Part shown: piece by piece, positions 1-8,638 of the stretch
How the letters are laid out: the number at the start of each line of letters is the position of its first letter
Position numbering within the stretch: the first letter of the stretch is position 1
Assembly (NCBI GenBank): GCA_964614265.1
Contig: CAZTKT010000001.1
Location: forward strand, 1-54,707
DNA: 54,707 nt
DNA from: an uncultured Candidatus Saccharibacteria bacterium
GTDB lineage: Bacteria > Patescibacteriota > Minisyncoccia > Phycocordibacterales > UBA918
Direction of reading: 5' to 3'
Made by a program: the position numbers and the translations under genes
Notes under the pieces: model-generated
Told to the model about the DNA's origin: nothing
Database searches by the model: none
What the model saw: only the letters and a program-made list of their open reading frames with translations

Positions 1-54
1 TGGGAGTATTATCAGCATGCCGCCAAACTGTCACCGATGTGGTCGTCTTGGACA
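1..54. repeat. Left arm of an inverted repeat (partner 969-1022)
   Basis: Bases 1-39 are the perfect reverse complement of 984-1022. The match extends to 54 nt with 2 mismatches. Confidence 0.9.
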
Positions 55-66
55 AGATATTGCTGA
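1..66 (+). mobile_element. 3-prime end of a DDE (rve-type) transposase gene entering from the left window edge
   Basis: Frame 1 reads WEYYQHAAKLSPMWSSWTRYC, ending at TGA 64-66. The same WEYYQHAAKLSPM peptide is encoded in inverted orientation at 984-1022, directly after an integrase-core C-terminal motif (YMRPHQSLGYDTS). Confidence 0.5.
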
Positions 67-952
67 TAGAGCCCGAAGAATACGTGAACGCTCCGTTTAC
101 TGAAACAGTCATTCCATTTTTGGTTGGTTCAGTAAGTGATCCTTTCAAGGATTGGTAGGCGTCAACGACCATCTGTGGAGCACATGTCTGTCCCGAAGTG
201 TTGGAAGCACACACAAAGACCACATATTGCCTATCCTGCGCATAGGTATGAGACAGAGGAAAGTAGCCAGTTTCTTTCGTACCATCGCCCCAATTAAAAC
301 TGAATGGTCCGGTCGCATTCTGAACTCCGCCATTGACCTGGACATATCGTTCTGTTTGTCCTGCGATAAAGGCGCTTATGGCAGGTGCGCTAGCTGATGG
401 AACGATAAATATTTCTCCCGACCAGCCGCAATTGGTTCCTCCTGGCTGCATTTTTCCATCGCACACCGCGACCTTCCAACTGTTGCCACTTCGTATCGGC
501 AAATCAGCACTCGTAACCGCATAGTCAATGTAGTAATTGGTGCCGACTGAAGGAGAGCCGATAAATTTGGAGTATCCTTCGGCGTTTCCTCCGCCACTGA
601 GATATACGGAGGTGTCGGCAGATGCAGAAAACGGCAACCACGTAATGTGGTATGTCTGCCCAACAATCCACTGGTCTCCTTGTTGCGGCGAAAGAGCAGT
701 GATTAAGGGAGTAGCGCTAGATGAAACATGGATGGTCGCAGCGCGGATCGTTTTGGATGCTTGTATAAGGGTCGCGGTGTAGGTGCCGGCAGTTGTGTAA
801 TCATAGCCAGCGACCCCAGTTGTGCTATCGCAAGTAGTATTTACATTACAGCCAGTGTTCAGTGCTACGATCGGTGACCCGTCGCCAAAGTTGACACTAT
901 ACTTTGACCCCGAAGAAAGACCAGTTGCCTTGAAATTGACATGGAGAGGCAT
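1..952 (-). CDS. PKD-repeat surface-protein fragment; partial because it runs off the left edge, and possibly truncated at both ends by IS sequence
   Basis: Hand translation from ATG 952-950 gives about 317 open codons. It contains two PKD-like signatures (VNFGDGSP...YTTAGTYTATL and FNWGDGTKETGYFPLSHTY) with a Kre9/KNH-like block between them (GDQWIVGQTYHITW). No signal peptide follows the ATG. The last about 60 nt read into the transposase-end repeat. Confidence 0.6.
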   Translation of the reverse strand, partial: MPLHVNFKATGLSSGSKYSVNFGDGSPIVALNTGCNVNTTCDSTTGVAGYDYTTAGTYTATLIQASKTIRAATIHVSSSATPLITALSPQQGDQWIVGQTYHITWLPFSASADTSVYLSGGGNAEGYSKFIGSPSVGTNYYIDYAVTSADLPIRSGNSWKVAVCDGKMQPGGTNCGWSGEIFIVPSASAPAISAFIAGQTERYVQVNGGVQNATGPFSFNWGDGTKETGYFPLSHTYAQDRQYVVFVCASNTSGQTCAPQMVVDAYQSLKGSLTEPTKNGMTVSVNGAFTYSSGSISNILSKTTTSVTVWRHADNTP

Positions 953-963
953 TTTTCCGGATT

Positions 964-1201
964 GTGGCTGTCCGAGACGACCGCATCGGTGACAGTTTGG
1001 CGGCATGCTGATAATACTCCCACGAAGTGTCGTATCCAAGTGATTGGTGGGGACGCATGTAGGTGTATTCAGTGAGCCAGCTCGGTGAGCTCGTGGTTGA
1101 AGCGTCCGGTGTCGGTACTTGAGGTGTCTAAACTCAAGGAATTCACGCCGTAGGGTTCCGTTGAAGCGTTCATTGTACCTCAAATGCCTATTTCTGAGGT
1201 G
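964..1201 (-). pseudogene. Degraded C-terminal remnant of an rve-type (IS3/IS481-like) transposase
   Basis: One minus-strand frame reads NERFNGTLRREFLEFRHLKY. A second frame reads WLTEYTYMRPHQSLGYDTSWEYYQHAAKLSPM. The frames are broken, and there is no catalytic core upstream because the dnaK stop lies at 1257. Confidence 0.55.
969..1022. repeat. Right arm of an inverted repeat (partner 1-54)
   Basis: catcggtgacagtttggcggcatgctgataatactccca at 984-1022 is the reverse complement of 1-39. The flanking 15 nt match at 13/15. Confidence 0.9.
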
Positions 1202-1256
1202 TCACCGATGTATCTCATCACATCTTCAGCGTGTCCAGGAGGAATAGTCTCTTGAC

Positions 1257-3152
1257 CTAGCTTTTCTTCTCTCCATCCTCAACATCAGCATCGCGGATAG
1301 TTTCGTCTTGTGGAGGGGCGGTCTCTCCGGTAGCGTCTCCACTTGTGGACGTAGCTTTTGCCATCGCCTCACCGATTTTTGAGAGTTCGGTGGAGAGCGC
1401 AGTGATCGCGGTCGTAATAGCATCACTATCATCTTTTTCTCGCGCCTCTTTAAGGGTTTTTATGTGTGTCTCAACACCGGTTTTGATATCTTCCGGTAGT
1501 TTGTCCTTGTGGTCGGTCAGTGCTTTTTCTGCGGTGTAGAGGAGTTGGTCGGCGCTGTTGCGAACGTCGATGAGTTTCTTTTTCTTTTCATCCTCATCGC
1601 TGTGCACTTCTGCGTCTTTTTTCATGCGCTCAATGTCGTCAGGTGTAAGCCCCGAGCTTGCTTCGATGCGGATTGATTGTACCTTACCGGAAGTTTTGTC
1701 TTTTGCGGTGACATTGAGAACACCGTTTGAGTCAACATCAAAGATTACTTCTACCTGTGGCAGGCCACGTGGTGCCGGTGGAATCCCATCGAGAATAAAA
1801 CGCCCAAGGGACTTGTTGTCAGTTGCCATCGGACGTTCACCTTGGGTGATGTGGATCTCAACAGAGGTTTGATTGTCAGCGGCAGTCGAAAATACCTGTT
1901 CTTTCTTTGTCGGAATGTGAGAGTTTTTCTCGATGAGTTTTGTTGCCACACCGCCGAGTGTTTCAATGCCGAGTGAGAGCGGAATGACATCGACGAGAGT
2001 AATATCATTGACATCACCTTGGAAAATACCTGCTTGGATTGCGGCGCCTGCGGCGACGACTTCGTCAGGATTGATCGTCTTATTTGGCTCTTTTCCAAAG
2101 AGTTCTTTGACTGCCTGTTGGATCGCGGGCATACGTGTCTGTCCGCCGACGAGGATGATTTCATCGATGTCTCCTTTTGAGAATGGTGAGGCTTCGAGCG
2201 CGCGCTTGGTGATCTCAATCGAACGATCAATGTATTCACGTGCAATGTCCTCGAGTTTTGCTCGCGTTAGTTTGATCAAGAGGTGCTTCGGTCCTTCCGC
2301 GTCGGAGGTAATAAACGGAATGTTGATCTCGGTTTCGCCGGTGGTGGAAAGTTCATGCTTTGCTTTTTCTGCCGATTCAACGAGGCGCTGGCGTGGGAGT
2401 GGATCTTTGCCGATGTCGATGCCGTCAGTCTTTTTGAATTCAGCAATGAGCCAACGAACGATACCCTGATCGATGTCGTGTCCGCCCATGTGCGCATCAC
2501 CATCTGTCGCCTTTACCTCGATGACACCATCCCCGACCTCGAGTACTGTCACATCAAACGTACCACCACCAAAGTCAAAGACGACAAGTTTTTCTTCGTT
2601 CTTTTTATTGAAGCCATAGGCGAGTGCGGCCGCGGTTGGTTCATTTAAGATACGTTTTACATCGAGTCCCGCGATTTTCCCCGCGTCTTGGGTTGCCTTT
2701 CGTTGTGCATCATTAAAATATGCTGGTACAGTGATAACTGCTTCAGTGATCTTTTCTCCGAGCTTTGCTTCCGCGTCTGCCTTAAGCTTTGAGAGAATCA
2801 TTGCGGAGATTTCCTCTGCGCGATAGTCTTTGTCACCCATTTTCACTAAGACACCACCGGTAGGTCCTTCTTTGACCTCGTACGGGACGATATCTTTATC
2901 ACGTTGCACCGCTTCTTCTTTGAAGCTGTGGCCCATGAAGCGCTTGATACCAAAGATGGTATTTTGCGGATTGGTGACTGACTGACGCTTTGCGATTTGT
3001 CCCACGAGTCGCTCACCGGTCTTTGAGATTGCGATCACTGATGGTGTTGTTCGATTCCCTTCGCTATTTTCAATGATGACCGGCTCACCGCCCTCGATGA
3101 TTGCCACCGCTGAATTTGTGGTACCCAAATCGATTCCAAGAATTTTTGCCAT
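1257..3152 (-). CDS. dnaK: Molecular chaperone DnaK (Hsp70)
   Basis: 631-aa ORF with [17 protein letters not shown] and a C-terminal lid; Hsp70 features run the full length. Confidence 0.98.
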   Translation of the reverse strand: MAKILGIDLGTTNSAVAIIEGGEPVIIENSEGNRTTPSVIAISKTGERLVGQIAKRQSVTNPQNTIFGIKRFMGHSFKEEAVQRDKDIVPYEVKEGPTGGVLVKMGDKDYRAEEISAMILSKLKADAEAKLGEKITEAVITVPAYFNDAQRKATQDAGKIAGLDVKRILNEPTAAALAYGFNKKNEEKLVVFDFGGGTFDVTVLEVGDGVIEVKATDGDAHMGGHDIDQGIVRWLIAEFKKTDGIDIGKDPLPRQRLVESAEKAKHELSTTGETEINIPFITSDAEGPKHLLIKLTRAKLEDIAREYIDRSIEITKRALEASPFSKGDIDEIILVGGQTRMPAIQQAVKELFGKEPNKTINPDEVVAAGAAIQAGIFQGDVNDITLVDVIPLSLGIETLGGVATKLIEKNSHIPTKKEQVFSTAADNQTSVEIHITQGERPMATDNKSLGRFILDGIPPAPRGLPQVEVIFDVDSNGVLNVTAKDKTSGKVQSIRIEASSGLTPDDIERMKKDAEVHSDEDEKKKKLIDVRNSADQLLYTAEKALTDHKDKLPEDIKTGVETHIKTLKEAREKDDSDAITTAITALSTELSKIGEAMAKATSTSGDATGETAPPQDETIRDADVEDGEKKS

Positions 3153-3195
3153 ATCGTTGTTGTGATTATACTGTTAAGTACATACGGTCTTGTGA

Positions 3196-3801
3196 CTATC
3201 TCTTTGTTTCATGTGTCCCCACCACCACAGTTGCAGGACGTATCAAATGCTCTCCGATCGTATATCCGTTCTGTAAGACGTTCAGAATTATATGGTGTTG
3301 TGCGGGATCTGTCACGGGCAGCTCTGAAACTGCCTCGTGTCGGTGTGGATCAAACGTTTCTCCAAGTGGCGTGAGCGTGTCGACATGATACGTCCGCATG
3401 ACGGTGAGGAGTTGCTGATAGACCTGCTCAAGACCAGTACGCCACTCGTTTTTTGTTTCGCTTTCGCTCACCGTACTGCGCAAGGCTATCTCGAAACTGT
3501 CGCAGAGCGGGAGCAATGTCTCGATGAATCGAGCGGTATTACGTGTGCGATCCTGTTCTCGCTCCTCTTCCATCCGTCGCTTACTATTAAGATAGTCTGC
3601 CTTTGCGCGTTGCCATCCATCGAGATACTCTTGCCGCTCTTTCTGGCAGATGTGCAATTTTTCTTTATAGTGACGCAGTTTCTCCTCGATGGACGCCTCA
3701 ATATCATCTATTTCTTGATCTATTGGATCGGCAGTATCAAAGATCAGTTCGTCTGCAACGGGATCGTGCGCATTGTTGTGGTCTCTTTTTTTCTTAACCA
3801 T
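3196..3801 (-). CDS. grpE: Nucleotide exchange factor GrpE
   Basis: 201 aa with a coiled-coil N-terminus and GETFDPHRHEAV in the C-terminal domain; it lies immediately upstream of dnaK. Confidence 0.93.
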   Translation of the reverse strand: MVKKKRDHNNAHDPVADELIFDTADPIDQEIDDIEASIEEKLRHYKEKLHICQKERQEYLDGWQRAKADYLNSKRRMEEEREQDRTRNTARFIETLLPLCDSFEIALRSTVSESETKNEWRTGLEQVYQQLLTVMRTYHVDTLTPLGETFDPHRHEAVSELPVTDPAQHHIILNVLQNGYTIGEHLIRPATVVVGTHETKR

Positions 3802-3810
3802 AGCCGACGT

Positions 3811-3839
3811 ATTATAAATCGCTTTTTATTTGGCGTCAA
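3811..3839 (-). promoter_or_regulatory. Sigma70-like promoter of grpE (TTGACG-17-TATAAT)
   Basis: On the minus strand, ttgacg (3839-3834), a 17-nt spacer and tataat (3816-3811). Only 9 nt separate the -10 box from the grpE ATG at 3801. Confidence 0.5.
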
Positions 3840-3947
3840 CAGGCGATTGACAAATAGACATAAAATGTCATGATGGCCATAGATGATCCAGGATCTCACC
3901 AGGGGATCCTTTATTTGTAGAGGTCTTCGTAGAAAAAGGAGTTGTGT

Positions 3948-4361
3948 ATGGAGGTGGTAAAGGTAGAAGCAAATATTCGTTACTTTGGCCAACCAAAGGC
4001 CAAAGGAGCTTTCATGGCAGAGAGGATCGCTTGCCCGACTTGTAAGCAGGTGGTTCAGTTAGAGCTTGATCGTCGTATTTTAATTGAAGGGTACATAGTC
4101 GTTGAAGAGAGAGTGTATGGCATATGTGGATGCCAGCAGGCGTTGCATCCAAATAACCCTGGTACTCGAGGTTTTTTAGGGCATCAAGAAATCCCAGGAG
4201 TTACGGCGCCAGCGTGTGTCTGTGGAGTGTGTGACCAGGGAATGGCTATGACTGATCGTGAAGAAGTAAAGGGTGGTCACATTGTGATCGGCGAGCAGGT
4301 CTATGGGTCATGCGCGTGCCAGAGGGCGTCGATCACGGATCCAGGTACGTTGTTTCTCTAG
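3948..4361 (+). CDS. Small Cys-rich protein made of two tandem repeats (putative zinc-ribbon-like); hypothetical
   Basis: AAGGAG at 3936-3941 sits 6 nt before ATG 3948. Repeat 1 is ACPTCKQV...VYGICGCQQALHPNNPGT and repeat 2 is ACVCGVCDQG...VYGSCACQRASITDPGT. Confidence 0.6.
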   Translation: MEVVKVEANIRYFGQPKAKGAFMAERIACPTCKQVVQLELDRRILIEGYIVVEERVYGICGCQQALHPNNPGTRGFLGHQEIPGVTAPACVCGVCDQGMAMTDREEVKGGHIVIGEQVYGSCACQRASITDPGTLFL

Positions 4362-4518
4362 AGAGGGACGCGGGGTAGTAGGTACAACAATCAATACTAC
4401 CCAGTGTCTCAACAACGAAAGTTCCATATATTATGGAGCTTTTTTATTTTGTTATGTGTGGTATCGCTGGAGACAGGGTGTTGTCTACGAGTCTCGGTGA
4501 GGAATGCCTGTACGGTCA

Positions 4519-5259
4519 TCACTCCACGGTAATTGCAGTAATCACCACCGGTTCACGGGGTATGTCTCGTTCATTGGTTGGTACTTTTGCGATGTCGTCG
4601 ACAATATCCATCCCTTGTATCACTTTTCCAAAGACGGGGTGACTTGAGCTTTCTGGTGGTTTGTCAAAATCAAGACCGGTGTTATCAGTAAGGTTGATGA
4701 AAAACTGACTTCCGCCGGTATCCGGTCCACTATTTGCCATTGCGATTGTCCCACGCATGTTTGTCAGTCGTGTGTCTGTGACGAACTCATCTTTGATCGC
4801 GTAGCCGGGGCCACCTGTGCCGTATGTTTCGGTCTTGTCTGTTTTTGAGTTTGGATCTCCTCCTTGAATCATAAATCCATTGATCACTCGATGAAACTTT
4901 GTATTCGCATAGAATCCCTTTTTAGCAAGGGTAAGGAAATTACCGGCAGTGACCGGCATCACGTCCTCATAGAGTTCAAGGACGATGTTTCCGTGATTCG
5001 TTTGGAGTGTTATCACTGGATTCTTTCCGTCAGTTTTTTTGTATTCCATAGTTGTGGTTGCGTGAGTATTTGTGGTTGTCGCGACGGTCGGCGTTGGAGT
5101 TTCGGGAGTTGGTAATGCGCGTGGAAATTCTTGCCCGGTCACTGCTTCCTTTTGAAAGAATGATATGTCACCCTTACTATACCCAACCCAGAGTGCTAAT
5201 CCTGCAATCAAAATTGTAGTTGCAATAAGTACACTCACTACTGCTCGTGGACTGCCCAT
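4519..5259 (-). CDS. Membrane-anchored cyclophilin-type peptidyl-prolyl isomerase
   Basis: N-terminal TM helix followed by FHRVINGFMIQGGDP and GTIAMANSGPDTGGSQFFI. Confidence 0.92.
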   Translation of the reverse strand: MGSPRAVVSVLIATTILIAGLALWVGYSKGDISFFQKEAVTGQEFPRALPTPETPTPTVATTTNTHATTTMEYKKTDGKNPVITLQTNHGNIVLELYEDVMPVTAGNFLTLAKKGFYANTKFHRVINGFMIQGGDPNSKTDKTETYGTGGPGYAIKDEFVTDTRLTNMRGTIAMANSGPDTGGSQFFINLTDNTGLDFDKPPESSSHPVFGKVIQGMDIVDDIAKVPTNERDIPREPVVITAITVE

Positions 5260-5261
5260 AC

Positions 5262-5705
5262 TTATTGTGATGTTACACTGATAACAACAGTACCCTGCTG
5301 ATCACCCATGCGCACCCCCACAGAATGTTCACCGATCGTTTTAATGGGTTGTGCGAGATCGAGTGCTGACGCGAGGATCGGCATATCCGCGCGAGCAGAG
5401 AGCGCTATCGCGATATCTGTCGCTCGCAACCCCTTAAAGAGATTGCCCTGCGTATTTGCGGGGGCACTGATCGAGAGTGGTGTGGTGGCCATCATGGAAA
5501 GAAACTGTCTAAATGCCTCCGCCCGAGTGGTATCTGCAACTACCGAGCGTGCTTTTTGTTCCTCGTATTGTTTCAGATTATGTGCTGTTGCGACAAGCGC
5601 GAGTCGACGTGGAATGAGATAATTTTGTGCATGTCCATCTGGTACTATCTTGACCTCATGTTTTCGACCCATCCGTGCGATATCTTGCAAGAGAATGACT
5701 TTCAT
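5262..5705 (-). CDS. rplI: Ribosomal protein L9
   Basis: MKVILLQDIARMGRKHEVKIVPDGHAQNYLIPRRLA. I chose the internal ATG at 5705 because the upstream gene's stop is at 5716. Confidence 0.9.
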   Translation of the reverse strand: MKVILLQDIARMGRKHEVKIVPDGHAQNYLIPRRLALVATAHNLKQYEEQKARSVVADTTRAEAFRQFLSMMATTPLSISAPANTQGNLFKGLRATDIAIALSARADMPILASALDLAQPIKTIGEHSVGVRMGDQQGTVVISVTSQ

Positions 5706-5715
5706 ATCAGTAGTA

Positions 5716-6978
5716 TTACTTAAAATATTTGAATGCGGCCTCAAGTTGTGCATCGATCCCCTTTGCCTGATCCTCCTGCTTGTTCTCAACTTCAATATCT
5801 GGTGTGAGACCACCTGCAGAAATCGACTTTCCTTCTGGAGTCAGCCAACGCGCAATCGTCACCTTTAAGGATGAACCTCCCGAGAGATTAAGTAACTCTT
5901 GGACAGATCCTTTTCCAAAAGTCTTTGTGCCGATGAGTGTTGCTACATGATGCTCTTGGAGAGCACCAGCAAGAATCTCTGATGCCGACGCGGAACCCTT
6001 ATCAACAAGCACTACTATCTTTTCTGGAGCCGATGCGCCCAAGAGTCGTCCGGTACTACGGTAGAGATGCTCGTCCTTCCCTGATCCAAAGTTTTCGCGC
6101 ACCACCACCTTGCCGGTCGGCAAGAAATAGCTTGCGATTGACACGGCGCTCTGCAAATAGCCACCAGGATTTCCTCTAAGATCGATGATGAGATTCTTCT
6201 TCTTACTCTTTACGTATGCGCGCAGACCTTCTTCGAATTTGCCTTCAGAGAGCGCTGAAAAATTGTATAGGTGGATGACAAAGACATTGTCATGTTCCTC
6301 TGTCTTCACTGTTGGGATATCAATAGTATCGCGTGTAACAGAAATTTCTTGTGGGGCTGTAGTATCTCCACGGAGCACGGTGAGTACTACTTTTGTCCCT
6401 TTCGGACCACGAATATGTTTAACGGCCACATCAACACTTAGATCTTTTGTTGATGTTCCATCGATGCGAATAATTTTGTCGCCCTGTCGGATTCCCGCGC
6501 GTTCAGCAGGAGAGTTTGGTATCGGTGCAATAACTGTTAACACTCCATCACGCGAACCAATCTCCATCCCCACACCTTCAAAGTTGCCCGCAACGTCCGA
6601 AGCAAACATTGCGGCATCTTCAGGATTAAAGTAGATCGTGTATGGATCACTGTAGGTGGCTACTAATCCACGGATCGCGCCATCAATACGGGCCTGTTCG
6701 TTGACTGGATCAGTAGAGCTTGCGGACACGAACCGCTCATTAAGCAGATTCCATACTTGCCAAAATCGAGAGAGATCAACAGTCTGTTCTCCTTGGGATG
6801 CCGCAAAAAGTGATTTTACGTTTGTCTCGAGACGTGCTCCAGAACCAATGTGTAAACCAGAAAAAAAGGCAATGGCCACAAACAGTACTGCAAGCCCTAT
6901 ACCTGTGGCAGGGAGTTGTCGACGCGCCCTCCCAACAGCCTTTGCCACAGCCTCTGATTCTGGTGTACGAGTTTCCAT
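5716..6978 (-). CDS. S41-family C-terminal processing protease (Ctp/Prc-like) with a PDZ domain
   Basis: TM anchor, a PDZ-like block (GVGMEI...SPAERAGIRQGDKIIRIDG), and GNPGGYL...SASASEI...GTKTFGKGSVQ. Start set at METRTPE (ATG 6978). Confidence 0.88.
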   Translation of the reverse strand: METRTPESEAVAKAVGRARRQLPATGIGLAVLFVAIAFFSGLHIGSGARLETNVKSLFAASQGEQTVDLSRFWQVWNLLNERFVSASSTDPVNEQARIDGAIRGLVATYSDPYTIYFNPEDAAMFASDVAGNFEGVGMEIGSRDGVLTVIAPIPNSPAERAGIRQGDKIIRIDGTSTKDLSVDVAVKHIRGPKGTKVVLTVLRGDTTAPQEISVTRDTIDIPTVKTEEHDNVFVIHLYNFSALSEGKFEEGLRAYVKSKKKNLIIDLRGNPGGYLQSAVSIASYFLPTGKVVVRENFGSGKDEHLYRSTGRLLGASAPEKIVVLVDKGSASASEILAGALQEHHVATLIGTKTFGKGSVQELLNLSGGSSLKVTIARWLTPEGKSISAGGLTPDIEVENKQEDQAKGIDAQLEAAFKYFK

Positions 6979-7064
6979 TTCTGCATTATGCCATACTTTA
7001 CCTAAAATATACAAAAGGTATGATGGGTACATTGTGGACGTGTTATACTTTCTACCTATACCGT

Positions 7065-8561
7065 ATGAGTATCTTCTTAGCAAATAAGCGAGACGACACT
7101 CCCCACGGCGTGTCACTCCCAACAAAAAAAACCACAGCGCTCAGTCAGAGCACGTTGTCTCTCCACAACACACTCACTGATACTCTGGAAGCATTTCTGC
7201 CACGCGATCCCACAAAGGTTACACTCTATACCTGTGGTCCAACGGTGTATGACAGTGTACACATCGGCAATCTGCGCGCGTACGTCTCTGCGGACATACT
7301 GAAACGTACGCTTGTCTATAACGGTTTCAGTGTCAATCACACAATGAATTTGACAGACTTCGGTCACCTCACTGATGACGCAGATGCTGGTGAGGATAAA
7401 ATGATGCGTGCACTCAAGCGTGCGGGTAAAAAGGTTACCCTTAAGAATATGCGTATCGTTGCGGATGGATTTAGCGATCTCTTCATACGCGATATGGCAG
7501 ATATCCACAACCAGACACCGACACAATACACAAAAGCCAGTGACTATGTAAAAGAACAGATCGTGCTTATTCGCACGCTGGTAGAAAAGGGGTATACCTA
7601 CCAGACCAGTGACGGAATCTATTTCGATGTTTCTCGATTTCCTGCCTATGGAGCGCTTGGTCATATCAATCTTGCAACACTGAAAGAAGGAGCGCGTATG
7701 AAAGTGAACACGGAAAAACGAAACCCCGCTGATTTTGCATTATGGAAATTTGGGGAGCTTGGGTGGGAGAGCATGTGGGGTAAGGGCTTTCCTGGGTGGC
7801 ATATCGAATGTACCGCAATGGCATTTGCGACTCTGGGAAAACAGATAGACATCCACACTGGCGGTATTGATCTCATCCCTACCCACCACAATAGCGAAAT
7901 TGCCCAAGCAGAATCAGCGACAGGAAAAAGTCCATACGTACGCTATTGGATACATAATGCATTCATCACGATCGACGAAACAAAGATTTCAAAATCACTG
8001 GGCAATGGTATCACCCTTCGTCAACTACGTGATCGTGGATACTCCCCACTCGCGTACCGCTATTGGCTTCTCACCGGACAGTATCGCTCTCCGATGAATT
8101 TTACATTTGAGGCACTTGACGGTGCGAAGCATGCGCTGTTTCGACTGAAGCGATTTGTCGTTGAGGCAATGGCGCGCGGCGGTGGGGTGATCATCGAACC
8201 GTATCGTCAGGCGATTCATCACGCACTCAACGATGATCTTGATACGCCGCGCGCCATTGCCCTCATCTGGGAATTGATCAAAGATGATGCTCATGCCGTC
8301 CCTGATAAAGTCGCAACGATTGTACACGTCGATACGGTCTTAGGTCTTGGTCTTGCTGATACGTCCGACAGTACTGGACACCCACTCGGTGTCATTGATA
8401 TTAGTGATCTCCCTGCAAAGGTCCAAGACCTCCTCGCAGAACGCGAACATGTACGAAAACAAAAAGACTGGGATCAGGCCGATGCCATCCGGCAAGCCAT
8501 TAACCTCGAAGGGTATCTCGTCGAAGACACTCCCCACGGCGTCCGGGTAACGAAGGCGTGA
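7065..8561 (+). CDS. cysS: Cysteinyl-tRNA synthetase
   Basis: HIGNLRAY (the HIGH motif) and KISKSLGN (the KMSKS motif). The start is uncertain: ATG 7065, or in-frame TTG 7155 which gives the canonical (M)SLHNTLT N-terminus. Confidence 0.93.
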   Translation: MSIFLANKRDDTPHGVSLPTKKTTALSQSTLSLHNTLTDTLEAFLPRDPTKVTLYTCGPTVYDSVHIGNLRAYVSADILKRTLVYNGFSVNHTMNLTDFGHLTDDADAGEDKMMRALKRAGKKVTLKNMRIVADGFSDLFIRDMADIHNQTPTQYTKASDYVKEQIVLIRTLVEKGYTYQTSDGIYFDVSRFPAYGALGHINLATLKEGARMKVNTEKRNPADFALWKFGELGWESMWGKGFPGWHIECTAMAFATLGKQIDIHTGGIDLIPTHHNSEIAQAESATGKSPYVRYWIHNAFITIDETKISKSLGNGITLRQLRDRGYSPLAYRYWLLTGQYRSPMNFTFEALDGAKHALFRLKRFVVEAMARGGGVIIEPYRQAIHHALNDDLDTPRAIALIWELIKDDAHAVPDKVATIVHVDTVLGLGLADTSDSTGHPLGVIDISDLPAKVQDLLAEREHVRKQKDWDQADAIRQAINLEGYLVEDTPHGVRVTKA

Positions 8562-8638
8562 GTGATAGGACGCTGTGGATATACTGTGGACAAAATGTGT
8601 ATGGGCGCTGAGATTGCGTTGTGGCATGACATGATACA

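Noticed and set aside
1-952. The PKD fragment as the variable target of a diversity-generating retroelement
   Set aside because: The window contains no reverse transcriptase and no template/variable repeat pair.
984-1022. The 39-bp perfect inverted repeat interpreted as the arms of an invertible (phase-variable) promoter switch
   Set aside because: Both arms are coding sequence for the same transposase C-terminus, and no recombinase or promoter is evident in the segment between them. Duplicated IS ends explain the repeat better.
1933-2469. A 178-aa plus-strand ORF, along with several others at 1345-2648, inside dnaK
   Set aside because: They are antisense to a full-length, unmistakable Hsp70 gene. 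Their products are low-complexity, Ser/Arg/Cys-rich translations typical of shadow ORFs.
3802-3947. A search for a CIRCE (HrcA) operator upstream of grpE-dnaK
   Set aside because: No TTAGCACTC-N9-GAGTGCTAA-like inverted repeat is present. Only a short ggatcc-containing dyad was seen.
5706-5813. Long N-terminal extensions of track ORFs. Examples: rplI to 5813, protease to 7125, cysS from 6798, ATL-like to 22432, infA to 26264, leuS to 49772, the 49795 gene to 50961
   Set aside because: The extensions overlap the neighbouring genes or the divergent promoter regions and add non-homologous residues. Internal Met starts give the canonical N-termini.
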